Below are positions 1-11,900 of a DNA stretch of 64,000 nt, in pieces (within the stretch, counting starts at the first letter, position 1; the number at the start of each line of letters is the position of its first letter). Both the position numbers and the translations under genes were made by a program. Where the stretch lies: contig JARFYF010000050.1 in the NCBI GenBank assembly GCA_030265395.1, positions 19,368,044 through 19,432,043 of the forward strand. The letters are read 5' to 3'. The DNA is from Rhina ancylostomus. Lineage: Eukaryota. The notes beneath the pieces were generated by a model. That model was not told the origin of the DNA. It worked only from the letters and a program-made list of their open reading frames with translations, and ran no database searches.

Positions 1-1112
1 CCTAATCTACTGCATCTTAATTATTCAGATTTACTGCTATAACCAGCAGATATCAGAACATGATCAATATGGCATGGAGCTTAAAACAGAAAAGGGCAAA
101 AAAAAGGGGCTTGAAAAAGAAGTCATGCAGAACTGTTTGGAATCATTAAGCAATAAATCAAAATGAAGCCATTGATAGTTTTGGCCCATTATTCTACATA
201 AACTTAACAATGTTTCTCATGTGATTAAAACGGGAAGGAGCTGCAGAAGAAGCGTCAGCAGCTTAAGAACATTCTTGTCCAAAAATTAAAACAGCTATAA
301 TGCAAGTAAATATTCTGCAGATGGCAAAAAAAGCACATTGCCCTTAAAAGGATGCTTAGGTGACCAAACACCAAGGAAACAGAGACAGTCATAGAAGCTT
401 CCAATTTTGATAAACATTGAAAACAACTTTTCCTCACTTGATAAGATAAAAGAAAGCAACAATGTTTATGAAAGCTTTTAGAAAATCATAAAAATAATTT
501 GTGTTGACAAACACATGGTAAATATCCTGTTTCCATGTGTGCCTACCATGTCTAAAGCAAATAAATTACAGTTTACTGTCAAATTTTGAACAATTTTATC
601 ATTAGAACCAAAAAGCTCTAACTCCCTAGTGCATTCCTATAACACAGACTACAGTACAAGTTGGAATAACTCTAGCTCATTCACTTTCTTCTCCAGTGGA
701 TGGTTAGCCTTGTTATGGGCAATGAGCTTGCTCAGTGGTACCAGTGTAGTGTTATAGTCCTTTTCACTTTCCTATGTCGCTGATCCCAATGGGTTCTGAG
801 GAAATGGTGCAGGCAGAAACATTGTGCCACTATCATAGAGCATGAATTGTGCTAAGAATTTGTATTTGTTGGGATCAGACAAGTACTTCTGCCAAAGGAG
901 AACATTTGTCATTTTTGCAATAAAACATGATTATTATTAGGAATAAAATTGAGAGTTTGAAAGAAAATCAATTAAAACAAAGAAGTTGCTTTGTTGCATA
1001 TAGATCTTTAAAATATTAGCCAAAAATATCTTTCAATCAATTGATTAAAGAGTAAAGCAACATAACATGCATTCAGAGGTTTAGAGTAAAGTAAGAAACT
1101 GGAAGGAAATAC

Positions 1113-1720
1113 AGACTTGCAGCTGTATTGCCCCTTTCCTGACCCTCTAAAGTGCTTTAGAGGTAATGAAACATCACTGAAGTATAGTCACTGTTGTAAT
1201 GCAACTCATGCAAAGCAAGCTCTTATGAAACACTAGTGTAATCATTTCCAGATAATTTGTCTTCAGCTGTGTGCACCAAATACATGACAAAGTAACTGCT
1301 GCATGTTCCCTCCAATTCTGAAATTCAGTTCCATTGACATCAATAATGGGTTAAATATTGGCTGGAACTAGGGATAACTTTCTCTTCTCCTCTATATTAT
1401 TGTGGGATTCTTTATGTTCATCTGAGAGAGCAGCAAATGATGACACCTCTCACAGTGCAGCATTCCCTCAGTACCACAACAGGACATCAGACCAGATTTT
1501 TTTCTGCTCAAGTGCCTGGAATGAGATTTGAATTCACNNNNNNNNNNNNNNNNNNNNNNNNNNNNNNNNNNNNNNNNNNNNNNNNNNNNNNNNNNNNNNN
1601 NNNNNNNNNNNNNNNNNNNNNNNNNNNNNNNNNNNNNGTGCCTGGAATGAGATTTGAATTCACAACCTTCTGAGACAGAGGTGAGTGTACCACCATGGCT
1701 GGAACACAGCTGACTGAGCT
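1113..1720 (-). mobile_element. Deu-domain SINE (SacSINE1/AmnSINE-like), decayed, interrupted by an assembly gap
   Basis: The reverse complement resembles the copy at 7625-8058: a tRNA-like head (GGTTGTGAATTCAAATCTCATTCC), a Deu-like core (AAAGAATCCCACAAT...CCAGCCAATATTTAACCC) and a 3' end resembling AAAGCACTTT...GCAAGTC. Confidence 0.65.
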
Positions 1721-2234
1721 GAACTATTCCCTAAAGAAGAGAAACCTCACGGCCTTGAAATTAATGTACCAGTGAGTTTAACTGTGTTTTGAAGTTCAAA
1801 GTTGATCTCTATTTTACTGCTGAAGGCATTTGACTGCCCTGTGGTCTTTTTTACCTTCATTTTAGTTCACTGTTTTTGCTATATGTGGGTCTTTGAAATC
1901 CATCATATGTTGCCTGTTAATCACTTTTTGTGCAGACTCTCTCATACTTAGCTTCCTGCATATTTACCTCATGTTTTCATCAATCTATCTATCCTGAACT
2001 TGGATCAGACTATCCCATTCCAGCATACTAATTACTTTCCTGACAAAGAGTTCACCTTACAGACCGTATATGCTTAAGAGCTGAAATTGGATTTCAGAAC
2101 ATTTATAGATTTGTTATGAGACAGAAAGGGGCCATTCAGCTCACTGAGTTTGTGCTGGATGATGAAATCATGATGTGACAACACTGGGGAGAGAGAATCC
2201 ATCCAAATGTGATACGCACAATTGGTTTTGTAGG

Positions 2235-2640
2235 TGGAGAGCATTTTGACTGGATGTATTACAGCCTGGTATGGAGGCTCCAATGCATAGGATCACAAGA
2301 GGTGCAGAGGGTTAGACTCAGCCAGCTCCATCACAGGCACAACGACATCTTCAAGAGGCGGTACCGCCATCACTAAGGACTCTTGCCATCCAGAATATGC
2401 CCTCTTCTCACTATTACCATCAGGGAAGAGGTACAGGAGCCTGAAGATCCACACTCAACGTTTCAGGAACAACTTCTTCGCCTCCACCATCAGATTTCTG
2501 AATGGCCCATGAACCCATGGACATTATATTATTATTCCTTTTTTTGCACTGTCTATTTATTTCTGTAATTTATAGTAATTTTATGTCTTTGCACTGTACT
2601 GCTGCCACAAAACAACACATTTCATGTCATATAAGTCTGA
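2235..2640 (+). mobile_element. Rex1/Babar-clade non-LTR retrotransposon, 3' end of RT ORF plus 3' UTR
   Basis: Frameshifted translation gives VESILTGCITAWYGGSNA..., HPEYALFSLLPSGKRYRSLKIHTQRFRNNFFASTIRFLN, which is the typical Rex/Babar C-terminus. Confidence 0.85.
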
Positions 2641-3399
2641 TGTCACTTAGAAGAATACAAAATGCAATATTAACATGGAAATCATTCTCTGGCAATAATG
2701 GCTTATACTTATAATATTTGACAACACAGAGAAAAGTTCTCTGAGTGGTCAGACTTTGTTTCTCTACTCAGCAGGAAATTGAAAATTAAATGGGAAGTGG
2801 ATTTTGTGCCCAAAGTGGATTTAATTTCACCAACAAAGAACAGTTTTATGGTTCTCTTCCAATTTAAAAATAAATTACATAAATGCTAAAGCGCAGAGTG
2901 TGGATTGTCAAAGTTCAGCACAGAATAACTAGAACAAGTGCAAAACTAGTCACATGTGGAGCATGCTAACTAAGTGCAATTTACTGTGGTCAGATCATTT
3001 CCATAATTATTTGCAGCATTAACCTTGCGAATGAAGCAATCCTAAGTATGTGCGGGGCAGGAGGAGGAGGATTGGAAAATCCCAGTATAGGTAAAAATAA
3101 ACAGGATAAAGTTAATTCCAGCTAAAAGGCCAACGAGGAGGAAACAAATCTTACAGCTTTTAGAAAGACCGAAACTCATCCTGTGGAGTAGGGAAACAAA
3201 ATAGAATACAGCCAAAAATGGAGTGCAAAGGAAATCCAATGTGGAGGCAGAACAGGATCTGCGGATAGCTCAGCAGCTGGCCTTGTTTCACAGCCAAACA
3301 GCTCAGATTACTCAGTAACATGAGGATCCTGTTTGCACACGAGTTATCCTCAGCACAGGTTAGTAGTCCGGAATGCCCAGAGTGAGTCTCACACTTCAC

Positions 3400-3590
3400 A
3401 GTTAAGGGCTGAAGTGACCTTCACGACCACTGGTGTTGCTGTGCCTGTGGTGGAGTTCGGCTCTTGGCCAGGTTGCAGCATATGGCACAGCTCTGTCACT
3501 TCCTCCCTGGTGAAACGGAGCCTACGCACACAGGCTTCCTCGGAAAAGTCCAGGGACATGTGGGTCTGCTTACAGCAATGGGTGGCCGGG
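3400..3590 (-). pseudogene. PIF/Harbinger (HARBI1-like) transposase N-terminal remnant
   Basis: ORF 3389..3721(-) contains LDFSEEACVRRLRFTREEVTELCHMLQP...TATPVVVKVTSALN, matching the Harbinger N-terminal pattern (cLRRLRF..e.v.elc.ll...talpv.vkv..ALNf). A stop follows. Confidence 0.75.
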
Positions 3591-3740
3591 CATACCTCCA
3601 TAGTCCCACTGCTGCTTCTTGAATGAAAAGGAGTGGGGTTTCCAAATGTGGAGACTTCACAGGCAGGGTTACAGACAGGATTAATCCATCGATTCTCACA
3701 TATTTTACTGGGGATTCTCATAGATTACACTGTATCTACT

Positions 3741-3975
3741 ACACAAGAACAAAGTGTTTGGGCCATTAGGTCCATGGCCACATTTATGATTCGCATGAGC
3801 CTCCTCCCAACTCATCTAGGCCCATCATCAACAAACCTGTTTATTCCTTTCTTCTTCATGTGCTTATCCAACTTCCTCCTGAATGAATCTATGCTGCTTT
3901 GTGTTTTGCATTCTACACACCCTCTGGATAGTGTTTCTCCTGAATTCCCTTATTGATTTATTAGTGACTACTTTA
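3741..3975 (-). mobile_element. CR1-like LINE 3' tail fragment
   Basis: GGCCATT...CCTTTCTTCTTCATGTGCTTATCCAACTTCCTCCTGAATGAATCTATG is the reverse complement of the CR1-type tail seen at 36250-36440. Confidence 0.6.
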
Positions 3976-5116
3976 ACTTCATTGCCTTTAAAGTCTGCAA
4001 CCTTCATATTTATATCAAATGGAGGATCCATCCATCACTGAGACAATTACAAAAGTCCCTTCAAAACTCCCTGTTTCAAATAGGACAAACTGGTAACTGA
4101 AAAGAGAAACCTAAACTGCTCTGCCAACTCTGTGGGATTGGGTAGAGGCCACCTTGGTTCACTGTTTACAATATAGACACCCCTTTCATTGAGAAAAAGC
4201 TCACAGTTCTATAGTGTTAACAAAATATGCAAGAACATGTGGCAGAAGCCTTCTCATGAAATGAATAAAAATAAATAGACTTATAAAGCATCATTCAGAA
4301 ACTGTACTTCATCTTCCTCCGTGTTTTACATAAAATAAATTACTGCAACATACAGGCTGATCTGAAGTAAAGGCCAAGAATTAGCAGTGATGTCCAAATA
4401 ACACTGTTTGCTCTCATTAAATGAGCTCTCACCTCTCTGTCATGGGAGCTTCTTGCACTTTCAAAATGTCTTGTGGAAGGGCACAGCTGATCTCAGCCCA
4501 CTCTTCTGTCCTGTTACCACCTACCGTCACTAACTTACAGTGCTATACTGTGCCTAAATTTGCAGCCGATGTATCCTGTTGGGAAAATTTTATCTGTGGA
4601 GTGCCATGTAGATAATGAGAGGAATTAATAAGTAATTTGATGTGATATAGATGTTTTAGCATTAGTATTAGCATTGCATGCACTGCAGCTCAATCACATT
4701 GCCACTGAAATTCCTGTTTAAAATTTTTAGCAAAAAGGTAGATGCAAATACCTGGTATTACAGTGAAGTTGGAGAGTGCCAACAGCCTCCCTGGAGCTAT
4801 TGTATTTCCAAACACTCTGAGCATGCAGGGATCAATCACAATTGATTCATCTCCCTGGACAATGGCTGAGGTATACCCCAAGAGCAATCTGAGCCAAAGC
4901 AAGAAAGTTATATCTAAAGTGTGCTAGTTAGTCCACAGGGACTGTGAATAGAATACTGGTTCTCTGAATGCAAGCTCCTTGGATGGTGTCTCAGCCACCA
5001 CGGTGTATGGTTATTTCAGAACACAGGTGCAAGCTCCTCCTGACGAGTTTCCTGTTGGAGGTACACATTTGGAAACTTAGTCTTTCACAGTTTCCATTCC
5101 CACCTGCCATAATGTT

Positions 5117-5215
5117 CATAGCGTAATACAGCACAGAAACAGGCTCTTCCATCCACCATGCCAACCATTGTACTTATCCATACTCATCTTATTTACCCAC
5201 ATATGGCCCATAGCT
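5117..5215 (-). mobile_element. SINE/CR1 shared 3' tail fragment
   Basis: CATAG...ACAGCACAGAAACAGGCTCTTC resembles the tail at 62162-62220. Confidence 0.55.
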
Positions 5216-7624
5216 ACGTGAACCTGGCCTTGCTTATGCCCATTTGGATTCTGCCTCTTCCTTTCCACAGAATGAGGACTGAAACTGATAGTCAATGAAC
5301 TTTATTGAATTGTATAAACAAAGGTTTATTTTCCCTGGTGCGCTGTGGAGTTTGCTGTTTGTGTACTACTATACCATTACATCCTCTAATGGAAAGAGCA
5401 GAACTGGTGAGCAGTTCCATACCAAATGGTTAGCAACCTGGAGGCATGGAGGGTCTGCTGTCTGCATCTGTGGCAAACACCCAGTGGGGTTCTTTCAATG
5501 CTTTCAGAGATGGGGCCTTTCATTACTTCAACAAGGCCACATGATGTCCCTGAAAAGTTGAAGCTGCTGCTCCTTTGCATTGTCAGGCACTTTGGCACTT
5601 GATGGCATACCCTCAGCTTGTCTGTTGACTGAAGGTACAAGGTTTTGGAAACATAGAAGAGTTTTTGTAAGATTTCATAAACTGTCCCTTGTGGATGCCT
5701 GTAGCCTTTCTCACAGAAGCCAAAACCATTAGTCAGTACAGGCTGCTGCTGCAGTATAGCCTTATTGCAATGCAACCCCGTGAATATCTGCAATCCCATT
5801 CAGCTTGGTGGATGCACTCTCTCCTTAGCTCCACTATTGTGATAGTGGTTGACTCACCAGTTTGTATTCACACTTGTGTTTTGAGCAATGTCACTTTCCA
5901 CTTTTGGCTTCAAGGTCAGTGGGTTCTTGCTGAGTGAAGAGACTCCACAGCACATTCTAAGTAATTAACCACACTTTGCTGGTTGCTATGTTGCTGTCGC
6001 ATGCTCTCTTTTGCTTTTGTTAGTATACTCAAACACAATATTGTACAAGATTCACAAACCCCATTCTTTCAAGCTGTCCCCATCAAAATAGCTCGATAGT
6101 AGTTTGTTCAACTGAGCTCAATGGCTTACACTGTCTGGGAACAGCACCTGTTCCACCCACACTCTCTGATTGTGTGCTACTTTAGTGTTTAAATATAACA
6201 GCAATTGAGATTGAGATATGATGATCTGTTCCATGAAAATAATTTCCTGTGGCTCCTTCCCTTTCTGATCATGTTATGTATAATGGAATTCCCATTACTG
6301 TGCTGTGTTTTTCGCTGAAACCTTGCTAGCATTTTATCTGACAATTCATTTTGCTTTTTTGGGGGGCGGGAGGAGGGGATTTGGGTTGGGGAAATATCCT
6401 TAAAGTCTTAAACATTGAAACAGCTCCATAAAAGTTGAATCATTTATTTAATTATATGCACAGCTCAAACTTGTGTTCAACCCCTACAACTTTGTAAACT
6501 ACTGTCTAAACCACGCATTTGCTGCACCTAGTTCATACTTTGCACATTTGAGAGTATTCTCCATAACCACCTACCGCCCCATCACACCTGCCCTACCAAG
6601 CTTCATTCAAAAATCTGCAGCCTACATTACCTGGCCATTGCAATGAGATTTTCCCTGTTGTTACAGAGTCATTCATTATATAACTGTGCAACCCACAGCT
6701 GAATTCACAAACTTTTGAATCTTTACATGATTTATGCTGCTTGAGAAGTCTTAAAGGTTTATCACTGTGGTATACTGTGACTCGTCCTTGTGATTACCAC
6801 TAATGAGATTATATTATCCAGAAGCCCAAGCTTCCAGAACATTCATCCCTGTGATTTCATTTGTAGTCTGTTAATCTTGACATTGACAAAGTGGTTATAT
6901 TTCACAATTTCTAGGAGATTAAGAATTTCAAGTCCATTTTTGGACGCCGTAGCTCCACCTACACTATTTTCTCGATGGACTTCTAGTGAAACAGAGCACA
7001 TCAAATATTCCTTTCACTTTGATTCTTTAGAACGGTTTATGATCTTTAAAATGAATTTGCTGACTATGCCTAGTATGCATTTACAAAGTGCAGTTTATTA
7101 ATAATGTTAGTTTGGTGTAATTTATTCCTAGACGGTTTTATTGTAAAATAGATTTTTTTTTTATTAGCTGCCTTAGTATTGAGCTTGGGCCTACGTCCAG
7201 TATTTGCACATCATCCCACATCAGTTTCAAGACGAGCATTCTAATGACATTCAAGGAATGTAAGCACTAAAAACACAGGTGGGTTTACTTCAAGATTTTT
7301 CTTAAGGGGCTCACAGTTGCTGGGTTTAGGCTCTTAAATATAATTTTATGCAAGCATTCTCCTGCGAATGTTTGTTTTGTTCTCTTCCATTGTACAGCAC
7401 TTTGAAGCCTCATATTCTGATTTGTTTGGTCAGCAATCTCCATTCACTGGTTCTATTTAGCATAATTAGCTTTTAGTTGAATGAGCCATGCAGGTAGGAA
7501 AGCACATGCTACTTCTTCCCAGGAGACTGTATTGCAGTTGTTTGTTAAAAGTTCATCTGAAAGTGCCTGCAGCAAGGTTCAACAGCTCAATGTGGATGAT
7601 TGACCTTGTCCTTTACTTTACTGA

Positions 7625-8058
7625 GTGTGACTCAACTGGTAGCTATCACTGAGTCAAACAGTTGCAGGTTCAGAACCCACTCAAATGATTTGAGCACAGA
7701 AATCTAGGCTGGCGCTTGAGCAAAGTATAGGTGGTTTGCTGCATTCTTGAAGATGCTTCTTTTGGATAAATTGTTAAACTGGGGTTTCAACTGGATGTAA
7801 AGCATCCCATGGTTCCATTCTGAGGATGATCTGGGGAGTTATCCCCAGTGACCTGGCCAATAGTAATCCCTCAAGGAACAATCCTAAAACAAACGTTCCA
7901 TTGCTGTTTACGGGAGCTTGCCTTCTTCCAATTGACTGCTGTATTCCCAACATTTTAATATGATTATACTTCAAAAGTATTTCGTTAGCTGTAAAGTGGG
8001 GTTCAGGATATCCTCTAAGAGACGTGAAAAGTACCAATGCATTACAAGTCTTTACTTC
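7625..8058 (+). mobile_element. Deu-domain SINE (SacSINE1-like), near full length, decayed
   Basis: It has a tRNA-like head (CTCAACTGGTAG...GGTTCAGAACCCACTC), a core GGATGTAAAGCATCCCATGG...CCTGGCCAATAGTAATCCCTCAA, and a tail CTTCAAAAGTATTTCGTTAGCTGTAAAG...CAAGTCTTT. Confidence 0.75.
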
Positions 8059-8395
8059 TGTCGAAACAAAACATGGTTATAAAGGATCTGTTTTTCAGTG
8101 TAATGAAATTGGAATCTAAAATCAGCCACTTTATGAGCTTGCCTGGTATCATGAAAAGCCAAAAAACATAAGATTTCTAATTTTACTTTTGCTGAGTCAA
8201 GGATTATTGCTGCAATTGTGTCTATTAAAATGTTAAAGTACAAAAAATATTGTCAGAAAGAACATGTACTTGAACGGAGAATGGGCTGCAGAATTGCATG
8301 TCTTATAATGTAAATGCTGTGGATTCACCTCTGAGTGTATTTACTCCAACAATACACCCTTGTTATGGGGTCTCAGTGCATTTACGTGGCACAGT

Positions 8396-8469
8396 AAGGT
8401 TTGTAGAATCATCAGTGACTACTTCTTTGATTAGCTGCTGGAGCAGCTAATCAAATTCTACATAACCTT
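8396..8469. repeat. Inverted repeat / hairpin
   Basis: TTTGATTAGCTGCT (8426-8439), GG, AGCAGCTAATCAAA (8442-8455) form a perfect 14-bp stem. The outer arms AAGGTTTGTAGAAT and ATTCTACATAACCTT also pair. Confidence 0.9.
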
Positions 8470-9660
8470 TGGAGTTTCAGACAATTAGATCTGTATTCGA
8501 TCTGAACTAGAGTCCTTTTTTTGAAAAACTAGAGAAAGGTATTGAGAACTGTATATTTACACAGGTAAAGTTCTTTGGTTCTACTTGAACCAGTGATTCT
8601 CCAAGTCACACCTGTTGTACCTCAAGGTTGTTAGCAGTAGTGTCAGAGCACAATGTGTTTTGTGTAGGTTAGTACATGTGCAATGGTCCCATGTGGATAT
8701 GTACATTTGATCTCTGTCTGCTGTTTTCGTCAGGTAAATCAACATTAAAGACAAGCAATGGTGAAATGCAGAGTGGATAAAAGGAGGTAGTCTAGCATTT
8801 TGAGTGGACAGTTTATTTTTGAGTTGTGCATTTGATTCCTGCATTTTCTCTGTTTTATTTCTGATTTTCATTGTTTACATTATTTTCATTTTGGCTGTCA
8901 GGTTCAGAGATTGAACATGAAATGAGTTGTACTGCAAATACATGGTGTGTATACATACTTTATAAAATGTTCAAGTACACATGCGTCTGTTTCTTTTGTC
9001 ATTTCATATCTGCTCAATTTATGTCTGCACATTGTTGTGTGTTGCTGTCCAGTGAACTGCACTGGAGCAAGCTGAAGTCTTAAACAGACCCCTATCTGAA
9101 TGCAGTTCTCTATTCTGTACAAGACAGCTCTACTTCATTATGACTCATTTAACTCTTTGTACACTACAGGACTGCATCAGATTGCTGATTACTTTCAGCA
9201 GAAGTAGTCTTTTGCTAAAGATTACTTTGCCTTTATTTAAGTTTCAAAGTCTCTTCTGAGGGTTAAAGTCCTTTTCTTTTGGATTTTGACAGATAATTTG
9301 AAATGCTCCATCATCCACTTAAAGATGTCTTCTCAATTCCTGGTCAATTTGACAAAGCAAAATGAAAGTGCCCTCTGATAGCTATCTAGCCAGGTTGAAT
9401 CAGTGGCAGGGCTGTCGCACTGTACATCGCAACAATAACATTTGATATCAATTTAGAGTAAAGAATGATTGGGATGACATATACAGCTGTAGGAACATAG
9501 ACAATGATCTATTCTGTGCTGCAAAGTTTTGATGTAAATGTATTTGTCTGGAATGAGATGGACAGCTTCTCCAGACTTCTCTCTACACAACTTGGAAGAA
9601 TGTAACAAGAGAAAAGCTTTCTACTGGGGTGTTCAGAGTAATCTGCACAAAGTTACCAAC

Positions 9661-9850
9661 CTAAAAATGCTGGATCTACTCAGTAGGTCAGGTGGCATTT
9701 ATAGAGAGAGAGAGAGCAAACCTTTCACTGGGTCGCTGATGTGAGGCATTAACTTTGCTTCTCCTTCCGCAGGTGCTGCCTGCCCAGCTGAGTATTCCCA
9801 AGCATTTTCTGTCTTAACTTCAGATTTCCAACCTCTGCAATATTTTGCTT
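9661..9850. mobile_element. Short Penelope-associated repeat, head-to-head (fold-back) form
   Basis: The left arm AAAATGCTGGATCTACTCAGTAGGTCAGGTGGCAT is an imperfect inverse of the right arm GTGCTGCCTGCCCAGCTGAGTATTCCCAAGCATTTT. Same family as 35951-36073. Confidence 0.65.
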
Positions 9851-10959
9851 GAGTTCACCAATATGTTGTGATTCCTCTGACCAATAGCTCTAACCTGCTG
9901 TCAGTTTTTTTTATAGATGAGCAAAAAACCCAGCAAATGCTCAGTAAGCCTGGTGTCTGCACTTTACATCCCGTTTTATATCCTACAGTATCCTTTGTTT
10001 ACACCAGACATCCTTAATCACACATAACAAATAAATGTTATAGGGTTTTGAGACTTGCATCCATGAAATGGTTAATGGAGAGGTGTTTCTGAATGTATCC
10101 ACACTGTACTACAGGGAAATCACTACCAACAGGGGCTTAATCTAGCATGACAGCCCAGGGGAGGGGTTGAGATAGACCACAACTTGTCGGTACAATGTGT
10201 CACAATCCAGCTCTTTATTGGCAAGCCCACATTGTTTGAAATGGGCACTGCTGGGACGCCGGAAATGACAGACGAGGAAATATCGTGCCCTGGGGACTGA
10301 ACAGACGGAATGGAGTCCTGCCTGGGATTAACTCTATTTCATGCAGCTGGCAACACAGACACAGACCTCTCCGGGGCCAAATACTGGCAAGAGCCGGCAA
10401 CAAGGATCTCTGGAGCCAAGGTTGCATTTCCCAGCAGCCTTCACTCATGTTTTAACTACAAAATATGTGCAGAAAGCTCAGGGGAAAAATTGATGAACTG
10501 AGCAGATTGCTGAATAAAAGGCTATGCTTTGAAGGAAAACAGCGAGAAATAAGGCGATTTAGTCCGTGCAGAAATTTAACTTCTGTGCACTGAGGTAGTT
10601 TGAGCTTCTGGAGTTCCCCGAGGTCTGACTATCACAGTTTGAACTGTATTAATGGATGATCCTACAGTAATTGCACACTCAGCTCTCGGGGCGTGGGTTA
10701 AAGATCCTCAACAGTGAAAGCTAGTTAAGTGGAACAGAAGAGACTCCTCATGGGCTGGGGGGGGGGGGGTCAAGATGTGTCACTAGGGCAGGGAACACTA
10801 CAATTTGTTGTGACTGTTTTTGCAAAAAAAAGACTCTTTTTGAAATGAAACATTATAGATTTGGAGATAGTTATTTCTGATGGTGAAAGCAGGACTTTTT
10901 ATGTGCTTTCTGATGAGCATGAGTGATGTGTGAATGCATTAGAGCTGAGCTTGTTTTAT

Positions 10960-11065
10960 GGGCATGCATATAGGCACAGAAAGTGTGTGTGAATGCTGTG
11001 CTTGTACATTTGGTGTGCCTGAATGGTGCAGACGGTGTGCTTGTGTACGTATGTGCCTGTGTACT
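10960..11065 (+). repeat. Degenerate TG-rich microsatellite
   Basis: GTGTGTGTGAATGCTGTGCTTGT...GTGTGCTTGTGTACGTATGTGCCTGTGT. Confidence 0.5.
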
Positions 11066-11074
11066 TCATATGGA

Positions 11075-11900
11075 CAAAACAAAGGTCCTCTGCCAACTTG
11101 CTCCCACTGCACATCACCACATCCCAATTACAAAGAGACCCTAGCAAACATGAACCATTTCCTATCTCTTAGATCTCACTTCTCAATGAAGGTAGACACA
11201 GACAATGAAATTCACCATCGGCATCAGTGCACAAACACAGCCTTTGATTGTTTGAAAGCGTTTCAAGTTCCAAACCTCAAACCGTATATAATCCTCATAG
11301 TCTTCTAGGCAATAGTGATCCCTGCCCTCCTGAATGCACTGGAGAGATACCACCAACACTGTTGTTGCAAAACCTTCCAAATCCACTGAAAGGGTAAGCA
11401 AAGCAACATCAGAGGCTTCTCCCAGGCCATCATCCCCAGCATTGAGGCCTCACTTTAGACACACTTGGCTCCAACAGATAGGCCATGTTGATTAGTGCCT
11501 GACATCATACTCCTTAAACAGACACTCTATTGCAGATCTCTTCTGTCCATAAGAAATTACCAGGTGGACAAAAGAAACAATTTAAGGAATTTCTCATGAT
11601 TGATTCACGGGAATGCTTCATGTGGATGTTTCTTCTTGGAAAACTGTAACATCCCCACCAACTTGTGGGAATCCCTGGTCTATAACTGCTCAGAATGGAA
11701 AAGAAGTATTCCGGATGGCACTGAGAACTTAAGAGTCCATCTGCCAGCAGCAAACAAAACCTCAGCATAAATGGTGAAAAGTGCACATCACCTCCCAAAC
11801 TACCCACCTGTTTACTATGTCTGTCAGGCACCTCGTGCCCAACCAGTGGTCAAGTCCATGAGTCCCACATTGACATTATCAATGATCTCAGAACCTACAG
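11075..11900 (+). mobile_element. RTE-clade LINE, RT C-terminal region, decayed
   Basis: Translation LANMNHFLSLRSHFSMKVDTDNEIHHRHQCTNTAFDCLK matches the RTE pattern le.VdhF.YLGS.ls....id.EI.hR...A..AFgrL. Downstream stops and frameshifts are present. Confidence 0.8.

Noticed and set aside
1512-1663. Identical 26-mer GTGCCTGGAATGAGATTTGAATTCAC on both sides of a 100-N gap
   Set aside because: This is most likely an unmerged contig overlap. The SINE reads continuously if the gap and one copy are removed.
10591-10612. let-7-like TGAGGTAGTTTG
   Set aside because: It diverges from mature let-7 after 9 nt and has no complementary arm.
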